Positions 45,885 to 54,278 of a stretch of 64,000 nucleotides of DNA are shown here, piece after piece. Within the stretch, counting starts at the first letter, position 1; every line of letters starts with the position of its first letter. The stretch is from NCBI GenBank assembly GCA_018175275.1, contig GCA_018175275.1_4531.1; one strand, written 5' to 3'. The notes below the pieces were generated by a model. The model was given only the letters and a program-made list of their open reading frames with translations. It made no database searches and was not told the DNA's origin. The translations under genes and the position numbers were made by a program. Origin of the DNA: a phage.

Positions 45885-46157
45885 GTGGAGTCTGAAGGCG
45901 AACTGCTGATAAAAAAGAAAGTTAAAGAGATGGAACAAGCACAGAGAAAGTTTCGTAAGGAAATTGAAGAACTTTGTGAACAGTTTCAGGAACAAGCTTG
46001 GATAGGTGACTACGGCAACGGAGAAACTTATTACCCTACAGGAACGCCAGCCGCAGATCACTATATTGATTTCATTTGTGAAGATTATGGTGTAGAGTTG
46101 GATGAAAATGGTTTAACCACAAGAGGTGTTTGGATCTCTTCTTCCTCAATGTGTTAG
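45885..46157 (+). CDS. small acidic protein with C-terminal VWISSSSMC tail (family member 3)
   Basis: 90 aa, GTG start with AAGGAGAG RBS; followed by terminator. Confidence 0.5.
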   Translation: MESEGELLIKKKVKEMEQAQRKFRKEIEELCEQFQEQAWIGDYGNGETYYPTGTPAADHYIDFICEDYGVELDENGLTTRGVWISSSSMC

Positions 46158-46165
46158 TAAATAAT

Positions 46166-46187
46166 AACCCGCTTCGGCGGGTTTTTT
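46166..46187 (+). terminator. rho-independent terminator
   Basis: stem CCCGC/GCGGG with TTCG loop followed by TTTTTT. Confidence 0.55.
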
Positions 46188-46188
46188 A

Positions 46189-46217
46189 TTGACAGGAATC
46201 TGGAAGCTTGATAAACT
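46189..46217 (+). promoter_or_regulatory. sigma70-like promoter (TTGACA-N17-TAAACT)
   Basis: -35 46189-46194, -10 46212-46217, directly after the terminator. Confidence 0.45.
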
Positions 46218-46247
46218 TAACCTATCAACCAATAGAGGAGAAATATT

Positions 46248-47189
46248 ATGGTGTTAATTGGTAGCCGTGCATTACAAATTCATGCTATGGACATGGGAAA
46301 AGACTTGTATCGCCCTTGTGTAGATTTAGATTATCTCTGTACAGAACAAGAGTGGGAAGAATTATCAAAAATGTTCTCTCAAGACGAGTTTGTTGAACTT
46401 GTAGAACGTAAAGGGAACAAAGGCCATGTCAAAATGATAGCTGGTGCACATTTGGAATACGATATTGCTTCTCAAGGAGATAGCACAGAAGCTTTGATTA
46501 GTTATTGTGAAGATTCTGATGATGTTCGTCGAACTTACGCTGGACATGTTGTTGCTCCTTTAGATGTGCTCTACCTTCTTAAAATGAGTCATCGTTTTAA
46601 AAAGGATAGTCCTCACTTCTTTAAAACTATGAAAGATATTCATTTCATGCGGTCACTGGGCGCAAAGATCCCAGAAAATCTTAAGAGTATTTATGAGTTG
46701 CGTGAGAAAGAAACATACACTTACTCTCATCCGAACTTAAACGTAAAAAGTAAAGAGTTCTTTAAAGGTGACGAGGTTCCGTATGTTTATGATCATGATT
46801 CTATCCATGAAGCAATCGCGTTAATGGATGCTCCAGCATATAAATCTTATATGAAAGATGGAAGTGAAGTTATGACCAGCAAAGAAAAGTTTTTTGCTCA
46901 ACCAAAACATGTGCGGCTGTTAGGTGTTTATGAAGAAGCGTGTGTTTTGGCTTTGGAACGTTCACAAATTCCTTTCGGTGAAGAGATCGGAGGTCCAACC
47001 CCTAAGCAAAGTTTTATAATGGCTTTATCTAAAGTCTGCACATCCATCACTAGTGGTTGGTTTAGGGAATATGCTTGGGAAAACTTTTATGTTGTTATTA
47101 AGCTATATGAAAACATGGGCGAAAACGACTATGTTGAACGTTTTAAAGCTAATCAACATGTAGTAAAGCCTTTTGAAGGAGGTTATTAA
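46248..47189 (+). CDS. hypothetical protein (possible nucleotidyltransferase fold)
   Basis: 313 aa; N-terminal LIGSRALQIH...CVDLDYL loosely fits the GS...DxD pattern of pol-beta-type nucleotidyltransferases; unverified. Confidence 0.3.
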   Translation: MVLIGSRALQIHAMDMGKDLYRPCVDLDYLCTEQEWEELSKMFSQDEFVELVERKGNKGHVKMIAGAHLEYDIASQGDSTEALISYCEDSDDVRRTYAGHVVAPLDVLYLLKMSHRFKKDSPHFFKTMKDIHFMRSLGAKIPENLKSIYELREKETYTYSHPNLNVKSKEFFKGDEVPYVYDHDSIHEAIALMDAPAYKSYMKDGSEVMTSKEKFFAQPKHVRLLGVYEEACVLALERSQIPFGEEIGGPTPKQSFIMALSKVCTSITSGWFREYAWENFYVVIKLYENMGENDYVERFKANQHVVKPFEGGY

Positions 47190-47586
47190 TATGTGTGGAT
47201 ATCTTTCAGAAAGTTATTTCAAAGTGACGCATGAGGATTTAGAAAAAGCACGATTGAAACTGACAGCTATTATTGAATACTCTAATACTGTTGAACACAG
47301 ATTAAAGACTACTAAAGTATCTGTTCCTTGTTGGTTAGGTTTACGGCATAAAATAATGTCTCAACATGACCATGTTGTTCGAGAGATGCATGGTTGGTGT
47401 TGGTTTCACGATGTGGCTCTGCATTTTGGTTATATTACAGAAGAAGAGCATAGATTCTGTGAACTAACATATCGTATTCCAACCCTTCACGATTTAGATT
47501 TGTGGAAGAAAGCAAACGAGATTTTTCTTACAGAAAGTGATTGGCGTAAAGTTATGGCTTGTCTTGAATGGAGGGGTAATGAGTAA
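47173..47586 (+). CDS. hypothetical protein
   Basis: 137-aa ORF. Confidence 0.4.
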   Translation: MKEVINMCGYLSESYFKVTHEDLEKARLKLTAIIEYSNTVEHRLKTTKVSVPCWLGLRHKIMSQHDHVVREMHGWCWFHDVALHFGYITEEEHRFCELTYRIPTLHDLDLWKKANEIFLTESDWRKVMACLEWRGNE

Positions 47587-48262
47587 AACAGTTTTGTCTA
47601 TGTTTGACGGATCTGGGATCATGGTGTTACGTTATGCCGAAGCAGGTCACAAGTGTTTTTGTGTAAACGCTGATGAAGGGGATCACGGTAAATACGAGGT
47701 TAGGATGGAGCACCCAAACATAACCTATGTGAATGCTTGGATAGATTCTACATTCAACCCTGAAGATCATGGGATACCTAAACCCGATATTATTTTTGGA
47801 TTTCCACCTTGCACTATGTTAGCAGGTAGTGGTAGCAAACACGAACGCAGCACAGAGGAATTGGATGAAGCTTTAGCTAATATTCGTGTAGTGGAAGCTT
47901 TGGGTAACAAATATAATGTTCCTTGGATGATTGAGAACCCAGTAGGTAAACTTTCAACCTTATGGCGTAAACCCGATTTTTACTTTGATCCTTATGAGTA
48001 TGGTGGGTATTTGTTTGAAGAGGAAGGAAGCTTTCATCCTAAAATGCCTACCCGTGATGGGTATACAAAGAAAACTTGTATTTGGCACGGCAATGGTTTT
48101 GTTCAACCAGTGAAGAAACCAGTAGATCATATAGGCTGCTTCTGGGGTTGGAAAAGCTTAGGTGGAGCTAGTGCAAAAACAAAACAACTTAGATCCCTAA
48201 CCGCACGTGGTTTTGCTCGTGCCGTGTTTTTGTCTAACAATCTTCTAGATAAGGAGAAATAA
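47579..48262 (+). CDS. C5-cytosine-methyltransferase-like small protein
   Basis: motif I LSMFDGSG, Pro-Cys motif GFPPCT, ENV-like MIENPVG; about 227 aa, no obvious target-recognition domain; start set at ATG 47579. Confidence 0.4.
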   Translation: MSKTVLSMFDGSGIMVLRYAEAGHKCFCVNADEGDHGKYEVRMEHPNITYVNAWIDSTFNPEDHGIPKPDIIFGFPPCTMLAGSGSKHERSTEELDEALANIRVVEALGNKYNVPWMIENPVGKLSTLWRKPDFYFDPYEYGGYLFEEEGSFHPKMPTRDGYTKKTCIWHGNGFVQPVKKPVDHIGCFWGWKSLGGASAKTKQLRSLTARGFARAVFLSNNLLDKEK

Positions 48263-48912
48263 TGTCAAATTCAAAACCAGTAGTTGCTTATCAAGTAGAT
48301 CGTAATGATGGTGAAGGAAGTGTTGTTATTTTCAGTACACACGGTCTTGAGGCTCGTCGAAAAGGTGCATATCGTTTAGAATGTGAGTTTGAAGACTGCA
48401 CAAGCCACCGTGTCAAACAATTCGATCAATATGCTGATAAAGGCTTCGTCCCTATCAAAGCCTTACTGGAAGATGGTTGGTGGGTATATTCTGCTTTTGA
48501 TGGTGTTAGACTCGACGAACCTGTAGGAGGTCTTGAGGCAGATTTTGACGAATGCGAAGATGGCTTGTATATTGAAGAGGATCTTGTATTTTCCCTTGAC
48601 GAGAAAAGCGTGTGGAAGAACTGGGAAGAAATGGAACGTCACGCGCATTTTATCAACAATGCTTTGATTCGTAAAGCTTGGTTTATGGAGGCGGTGAAGG
48701 TAGCGTATCCGCAGTTCACCTTTACAGAGGTTTGGGGCGGTCCACACCACATCACCCATACAGCATTTTTCGACTTCCCTGGTTCACGTTACAAAGGTAA
48801 TATAATGTGGGACTGGGATGAGAATAAACAACCTTCGGCTCAAGACTTCCGTTGTTATGTTTGCCAAGGCGATCAAGAAGCCCTTGACAAATACCTACAA
48901 AGTCTGGTATAG
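48262..48912 (+). CDS. hypothetical protein
   Basis: 216-aa ORF. Confidence 0.4.
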   Translation: MSNSKPVVAYQVDRNDGEGSVVIFSTHGLEARRKGAYRLECEFEDCTSHRVKQFDQYADKGFVPIKALLEDGWWVYSAFDGVRLDEPVGGLEADFDECEDGLYIEEDLVFSLDEKSVWKNWEEMERHAHFINNALIRKAWFMEAVKVAYPQFTFTEVWGGPHHITHTAFFDFPGSRYKGNIMWDWDENKQPSAQDFRCYVCQGDQEALDKYLQSLV

Positions 48913-48970
48913 TGCCAGCATCTGAACAAAGCCTCCTGTTTCAGGGGGCTTTTCTTTTATGGGAGGAAAT

Positions 48971-49462
48971 ATGTTTCAAGTAGAAATTCATGTGCACAAC
49001 AGTTGTTCAAATTGCGAAACTTGTGGTTACAATAGTTCAACCATGATCACTATTAGCGGAGACTTAGGAGATGCCAAGTTTGGCGAAGTTGCAAGCTGCT
49101 TCAGCGGAGAGGATGCAGATTGGCATGATATTGCACACTGGTTGGTGAGCAAACTAAAAGAAAAAGAGAAACCATTTCCTGCTCTGCTTGATCGTTCTCT
49201 TGTGGAAGATGCAGGTAAAGCATATGCAGACTATGCATATGCAGACGGGAAATATTTGGAAGATGATAAGGCTAACCATTTGCTTTATGTTTACTATGAA
49301 GCTGAATCTGCCTACGATAATTATTACAGCATGTCCAACATTCTACGTTTGTTTGCGGAGTTTGATATTTACTTTGAAGTGAGTTATTCTCAAGACGAAG
49401 TGCACGATTTGGATGACGAAGATTATGATGATTATGAGGAGGAAGAATGCCAAGACGATTAA
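48971..49462 (+). CDS. hypothetical highly acidic protein
   Basis: C-terminus DEVHDLDDEDYDDYEEEECQDD; ATG 48971 with GGGAGGAAAT RBS. Confidence 0.4.
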   Translation: MFQVEIHVHNSCSNCETCGYNSSTMITISGDLGDAKFGEVASCFSGEDADWHDIAHWLVSKLKEKEKPFPALLDRSLVEDAGKAYADYAYADGKYLEDDKANHLLYVYYEAESAYDNYYSMSNILRLFAEFDIYFEVSYSQDEVHDLDDEDYDDYEEEECQDD

Positions 49463-50247
49463 TAGTGATCAGCGGCGCTGGCTTAAGCGCCGATAGCGGT
49501 GTTCGTACTTTCCGCACTGACACAGAAAGTGGCAAAGCTTTGTGGGATGAATACGACCTTTCTGAAGTGTGCGACATTTTCAACTTCCGTGCTGGATACC
49601 AACAAGAACAGTGTGTTCCTGGGGCTGTTGGCGGATTAGATGCAGAGGGATACAACCTCTACCGTAAAACTCATGACTTCTACAATAAACGTCGCGTAGA
49701 GATGGATAGTGTAACTCCTAACGCTGCGCATTACCAGATCGCGGAATGGTTTCAAGAGTACGGCTGTGATCGTGTTATCAACATCACGACAAACGTAGAT
49801 GATCTTCTGGAACAAGCGGGTGTTGTTCATGAAGATGTTCTACATGTTCACGGCTTCCTGCCTGAAGTGATCGTAGACAATAGAATCATCAAAGATGTTG
49901 GCTATGCTGCTATCGATGTGGATGATTACAAGTATGTGAAGCCCAATGTAGTGTTCTTTGGGGAGACTGCCCCATTGTATAACGATATGTACCACATCTT
50001 AGACGGCTTGACGGCTCAAGATATGGTGATTGTAGTGGGTTGCTCTAATCAAGTTATCAATTTTAACTGGGAGCTTTTTCCTGCTCTTAATAGCGGGACA
50101 AAAATGGTTGTAGTTAACCCTGGAGTTAATTACGAAGAAACACTTCTCTATGAAGATCGTGGAGTTTTTGTTTACCGAGAAAAAGCTGCAACAGCCTTCA
50201 GCAATGAAGGTTTCATTAAAATGGTCGAAGACCACTTAAACAAATAA
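49447..50247 (+). CDS. Sir2-family (sirtuin-like) NAD-binding protein
   Basis: 266 aa; GAGLSADSGVRTFR, ITTNVDDL, HVHG, VVFFGE motifs; no CxxC...CxxC zinc ribbon. Confidence 0.6.
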   Translation: MPRRLIVISGAGLSADSGVRTFRTDTESGKALWDEYDLSEVCDIFNFRAGYQQEQCVPGAVGGLDAEGYNLYRKTHDFYNKRRVEMDSVTPNAAHYQIAEWFQEYGCDRVINITTNVDDLLEQAGVVHEDVLHVHGFLPEVIVDNRIIKDVGYAAIDVDDYKYVKPNVVFFGETAPLYNDMYHILDGLTAQDMVIVVGCSNQVINFNWELFPALNSGTKMVVVNPGVNYEETLLYEDRGVFVYREKAATAFSNEGFIKMVEDHLNK

Positions 50248-50256
50248 ACCACTCAA

Positions 50257-50276
50257 GGGGCTTCGGCCCCTTTCTT
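50257..50276 (+). terminator. GGGGC-TTCG-GCCCC hairpin terminator
   Basis: third copy of the tetraloop hairpin followed by TTTCTT. Confidence 0.45.
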
Positions 50277-50290
50277 ATTAGGAGAATAAA

Positions 50291-50563
50291 ATGACTGAAG
50301 AAATCCGTGATTACTACCTTGCACATTACGTTTACTACTTTGCTAATGCTACACAAAAAGGGGAAGGTAATCTTTACTTGGCAACAGGACATGGAACAGG
50401 CGTTAGGAAATCAAATATTGATAATGCCTTGGCTCAAGTGGCTGCGGGGCTAGAAGATAAACTTCAAACACCTGTAGTTGTAGTGATGCAAAATATAAGT
50501 TACCTAGCAAGTTGTACTGAAACCGAATTTAACGCGTCTGAGACGCAATCTAACGAAGAATAA
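50291..50563 (+). CDS. hypothetical protein (last plus-strand gene)
   Basis: 90-aa ORF with AGGAGAA RBS. Confidence 0.4.
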   Translation: MTEEIRDYYLAHYVYYFANATQKGEGNLYLATGHGTGVRKSNIDNALAQVAAGLEDKLQTPVVVVMQNISYLASCTETEFNASETQSNEE

Positions 50564-50567
50564 AACA

Positions 50568-50597
50568 AAGGCACCCAAGTGGGTGCCTTTTCTATTT
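50568..50597. terminator. bidirectional terminator at the convergence of plus and minus blocks
   Basis: stem GGCACCC/GGGTGCC (AAGT loop) flanked by A-run upstream and TTTTCTATTTT downstream. Confidence 0.55.
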
Positions 50598-50632
50598 TAG
50601 AGCGTCTCTGTTCGATTTAGGTGGGTTCTAGC

Positions 50633-50863
50633 TTACTTGTGCAGTGCTCTCTCGTATAACTCGATGATCAATTCATCCTCTACTGTAATACGCGCCATTT
50701 GATCCGTCTTGAGTATTGTTGGTTGGTAGTGGTGCATTTCACTATTGATACTACAATCCCATTCGTCATAACCTAAATACTCTCCTACATGGACCTTAAC
50801 CATAAAGGGAAACGGGTTATCTACCAAAAATGCCATACAACCTTCTTCGATTTTATTTAACAC
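50633..50863 (-). CDS. hypothetical small protein
   Basis: 76-aa ORF. Confidence 0.35.
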   Translation of the reverse strand: MLNKIEEGCMAFLVDNPFPFMVKVHVGEYLGYDEWDCSINSEMHHYQPTILKTDQMARITVEDELIIELYERALHK

Positions 50864-50888
50864 ACGACCTCCTATTGCTACAGATATG

Positions 50889-50908
50889 AAAAAACCCGCC
50901 GAAGCGGG
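50889..50908 (-). terminator. rho-independent terminator (minus strand)
   Basis: minus-strand stem CCCGC/GCGGG with TTCG loop followed by T-run. Confidence 0.45.
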
Positions 50909-50954
50909 TTCTATTGCTACGATAGGATCACTATCCTATAGTATTGTTTCTGTG

Positions 50955-51236
50955 TCAAGCCTTAGCGTAGAAAAACTTCTCATATTCAGATTTTGTTACG
51001 ATTGTGGGGCAACCTTTTGTTCCATCCTCGATAACAGGGGCTTCTACCATTCTGGTGTTGAATAAGCAATAAGTTCCACGCATGTAAATACCCAGTTTTG
51101 TTTCTACGATGTGCTCTTTACTTACGCTTGAAAACTTAATCTCACCATCGGAGTCTCTTATAGCAATAAGCGCATGTTCGGGCCAATCTTTTCCTTTTGC
51201 TCCTAAAGCATTATACAATTCTTGAACGAGTTCCAT
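50955..51236 (-). CDS. hypothetical protein
   Basis: 93-aa ORF. Confidence 0.4.
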   Translation of the reverse strand: MELVQELYNALGAKGKDWPEHALIAIRDSDGEIKFSSVSKEHIVETKLGIYMRGTYCLFNTRMVEAPVIEDGTKGCPTIVTKSEYEKFFYAKA

Positions 51237-51248
51237 ATGACCTCCTTA

Positions 51249-51449
51249 TTAAATAACAAATTTTTCTTCTTCTGGCTTATCGTAATCTGGAGAATAAACA
51301 TGTGCGGGATTAAAACCTTTAAAATTTCCGCGACCTTTACGTGGACAGTTGAATGTGCGAGCTTGATGATCCCCAAAAGATTTCCCACAATGCATACATT
51401 TAAAATCAGTGCGTTTAGTCATGCCATATCTCCTTTTAAAAGGCTGCAC
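51249..51449 (-). CDS. hypothetical zinc-finger small protein
   Basis: 66 aa; CMHCG...NCPRKG cysteine/histidine pattern. Confidence 0.35.
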   Translation of the reverse strand: MQPFKRRYGMTKRTDFKCMHCGKSFGDHQARTFNCPRKGRGNFKGFNPAHVYSPDYDKPEEEKFVI

Positions 51450-51585
51450 CTATTGAAGATGCAGCTTTGATAGATTATTTAGATGAGTCTAAAATGTCTT
51501 TTACTTTTGCCGTGATAACGTCTTGATATTTGTTAATAAGATAGCCTACAACTACACCTACGATAAATGAAACCATTATTTCTCC

Positions 51586-52194
51586 TTATTTAAGTGGTGA
51601 GAGAACAATCTCTCGGTTTTTTAAGAACCAAAGCATGTCATCTTGATCATAGTCTGATCCCTCTGTAGTAGAATTTTTGATAGAATCAAAAAACCAACGA
51701 GGTATACCAAAACAACTTCCAGATGACTGCATGTCTTTCTGCGACATTTTAAATGTGATTGGAAAATCACAATTATCAATCTCTCGTATATCTGCTGAAG
51801 ATAAGATTGTAACTTCAACCAGTTCGTCGTTAGATGTAGTATCGTTGTCTTCCTGAATAATGTCAAATGCTTTTTGCACATCTTTTGCATCTAATGTTAA
51901 ACCTGTGGCTTTCTGAAAAGCCGAAACAAAAATTAGAGCTTCTTCAGAGCAAGGGGCTTCCAGCAAATGAGCCATAATAGGTGACAAGCAAATGTTAAGA
52001 TCTTTGTCATACCAACGAACAATCCACACAGGCGTTGCTCCGTTTTGTTTGTCACGAGCCAAAATTGTAACGTGCTGACCTTCTTCTGGTATATGATACA
52101 AACCAGAAAAACCAGGGCCTGTAGTAGATTTTTTGACACGTGCTACGTGTCCAACTTCTAAAGGATCTTTACCATCCCAAATCTTCTCTTCCAT
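51586..52194 (-). CDS. hypothetical protein
   Basis: 202-aa ORF. Confidence 0.4.
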   Translation of the reverse strand: MEEKIWDGKDPLEVGHVARVKKSTTGPGFSGLYHIPEEGQHVTILARDKQNGATPVWIVRWYDKDLNICLSPIMAHLLEAPCSEEALIFVSAFQKATGLTLDAKDVQKAFDIIQEDNDTTSNDELVEVTILSSADIREIDNCDFPITFKMSQKDMQSSGSCFGIPRWFFDSIKNSTTEGSDYDQDDMLWFLKNREIVLSPLK

Positions 52195-52202
52195 ATAACC
52201 TC

Positions 52203-52466
52203 CTAAATAACATCTTTGAAATAGTGAATCACTTCAATATTATGGTACAAAGTGCTTCGCTCTTTTGTGTACTCTGTTTTAGTAACAAACACTTTTGCAA
52301 TACCGTACTTATGTGCTGGTAGGTTTGGATTGGTTTGCATAATTTCTTTCACTACACTTATAGTTTCGTGCTCGGATTCCCAATAAGTGAAGTAACCCTC
52401 ACTATCAACGATTAAAGACTCGTTTTCAAGATCTACAAAACAGAAAAATATTGACGGATGGCTCAT
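52203..52466 (-). CDS. hypothetical protein
   Basis: 87-aa ORF. Confidence 0.35.
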   Translation of the reverse strand: MSHPSIFFCFVDLENESLIVDSEGYFTYWESEHETISVVKEIMQTNPNLPAHKYGIAKVFVTKTEYTKERSTLYHNIEVIHYFKDVI

Positions 52467-52626
52467 TCTTTTTCTTCAACCTTCTTCAAAGCTTTTTGAT
52501 CGAATATAGCGTGTTGCAACTCCCCGTTTTCATCAAACCAAGTTACTTTACAAGATTCACCATAACTTTCTATTACTGTCATTTGTTTGTTTGCACCTTT
52601 AAGACAAACCACATCACCTACTTGCA

Positions 52627-53076
52627 TCATGATTGAGTTCCTTTTTGTTTTTCAATAGCTGCACGAATTTCTGCTAAAGGCTCTGCTACCAGATCTTCAA
52701 CTTCTTGGATTTGTTCATTCATTACGTCACGAACCATTTGAATCCGCTCTTCAAGGGAAACAGCAAGTTCATCTGCATAAGCCATATTAAGAACGTGGTA
52801 GAAATTTTCTTGTGCACTTAAAGCACCAGATAACAAATAATCCTGATCTTCCTCTGGTAAAAGCATGTGTTGCTCATATTCAGCAAAAGTGTTTTTGTTA
52901 ATCTCAAGCAAAGCACCCATCATAACATCATACTGATAATCTTTATGACCAGGATTGTTTAAAATAACATCTTCAAAGATATTAAGAAGAATCTTAGTAA
53001 CAAAAGCATTGTTTTCGGCACCTTCCATCTGACGGATTACTGTGATTACTTCTTTTTCTTTAGCGTTTTGGCTCAT
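52627..53076 (-). CDS. hypothetical protein
   Basis: 149-aa ORF. Confidence 0.4.
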   Translation of the reverse strand: MSQNAKEKEVITVIRQMEGAENNAFVTKILLNIFEDVILNNPGHKDYQYDVMMGALLEINKNTFAEYEQHMLLPEEDQDYLLSGALSAQENFYHVLNMAYADELAVSLEERIQMVRDVMNEQIQEVEDLVAEPLAEIRAAIEKQKGTQS

Positions 53077-53266
53077 AGTGTTTCTCCTCTGATTCTATTT
53101 GGATATAACCTGTGGTTTTGCACGGGTTACACTCGTAAATTTGACCTACATCCGCCATAACATATCCTGCACCACCACAATAGGGGCAAGGCATAGGAGG
53201 ACAAGGTATGGACGTAGTGATTGTTACGACATTATCAATTTTCAACATTTTCGCCATTATTACCAT
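53060..53266 (-). CDS. hypothetical zinc-ribbon small protein
   Basis: 68 aa; CPPMPCPYCGGAG ... CNPCKTTG. Confidence 0.35.
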   Translation of the reverse strand: MVIMAKMLKIDNVVTITTSIPCPPMPCPYCGGAGYVMADVGQIYECNPCKTTGYIQIESEEKHYEPKR

Positions 53267-53305
53267 TCCGCTATTAACGTCAAACCAAGTGCATCGTTAA
53301 AACGC

Positions 53306-53509
53306 TCAACATTTGAGTATAGGTATGGAGGGGGTTATTTGCTCTAAAATTTGTGCTGCTTCCACTTGGTGCTCTATGTTTTGAGAAGTTCGGGCATAAA
53401 CTAAGACACCCATTTTATTCAAAATAAAAACAGAATCAGACCCATCCAGCTTATCAACGGCTGCATACATTTTAGTCATATCTTCTCCTGGATTACCACT
53501 CAGCAACAA
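53306..53509 (-). CDS. hypothetical small protein
   Basis: 67-aa ORF. Confidence 0.3.
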   Translation of the reverse strand: MLLSGNPGEDMTKMYAAVDKLDGSDSVFILNKMGVLVYARTSQNIEHQVEAAQILEQITPSIPILKC

Positions 53510-53708
53510 GACTAGGATTCATAGCAAAAGCTTTGAAAGTTGTTATATCATGACTAACATTAAAACTAACACCTTTTACTTTCTCTAGTATTTGAACTTT
53601 CGTCTCTCCGTCCCACGGTAGGATGATAACACCATCTGCTGTGATCAACCACCAATGGTTCTCTCCATCTCGTGAATCTTTTGCTTTGTATAGAAAATTG
53701 GAACTCAT
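53493..53708 (-). CDS. hypothetical small protein
   Basis: 71-aa ORF; first gene downstream of the 360-bp non-coding region. Confidence 0.35.
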   Translation of the reverse strand: MSSNFLYKAKDSRDGENHWWLITADGVIILPWDGETKVQILEKVKGVSFNVSHDITTFKAFAMNPSLVAEW

Positions 53709-54068
53709 TCTTCCTCCTGTTCGGTATTATTCACTTGTGAGACACAATGTAACATAAGCTTTGTGAGTTTGTCAAGGATCTAATTACATTCTACAGAAGA
53801 AGAGGGTTAATAACTATAGGAATAGTCTTACTATAGGTGCAATACTAGTTAAGAGTTAGATTGATAGGTAAGACTTATCTTAAACAGATAATTGATAGGT
53901 GAATCAGCATTGACTTTTTCAAAAAAATATGGTACCCTAAACATATGTTTACGAGCGATAGCGAGTAGTAGATTTCTATATAATAATGTTTCATGTTACT
54001 CACGATAGTGAGGTATGAAACGTAAGTGAAGGTAGATAAACTATGATCATCTATCTACCATCTATTAA

Positions 54069-54278
54069 TCAATATAGATCTAATGTTAGACTAACAGTTA
54101 TCCAACAAACAATAGCAGTCCATATAACAAGTAATGATCTACAAACTACATCCCATTCAAATACATTGTATGTTAACCATTCTCCCATCACAACAGAAGA
54201 ACCCAACCAACATCCAACAACAACTATAATCCAATAAAAGAATCCTACAGTAGAGTATACAGCAAAAGCTTTTAACAT
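54069..54278 (-). CDS. hypothetical small hydrophobic membrane protein
   Basis: 69 aa, largely hydrophobic (FFYWIIVVVGCWLG...); GGAGGAAA RBS before ATG 54278. Confidence 0.4.
   Translation of the reverse strand: MLKAFAVYSTVGFFYWIIVVVGCWLGSSVVMGEWLTYNVFEWDVVCRSLLVIWTAIVCWITVSLTLDLY

Noticed and set aside
46248-47189. CCA-adding tRNA nucleotidyltransferase call for the 313-aa protein
   Set aside because: Only a loose GS...DxD resemblance; spacing differs from the class II GGxVRD...DxD signature and the protein is short. Kept as hypothetical with a low-confidence fold note.
31996-50276. Possible CRISPR array from the repeated GGGGCTTCGGCCCC element
   Set aside because: Only three copies, 6-12 kb apart, each a self-complementary hairpin followed by a T-run in an intergenic position; this is terminator behaviour, not a repeat-spacer array.
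53800-53835. T7-class promoter cores (ACTATAGG, two copies)
   Set aside because: No single-subunit phage RNA polymerase is evident in the window, the motifs lack the upstream TAATACGACTC part, and they are on the strand opposite to the surrounding genes.
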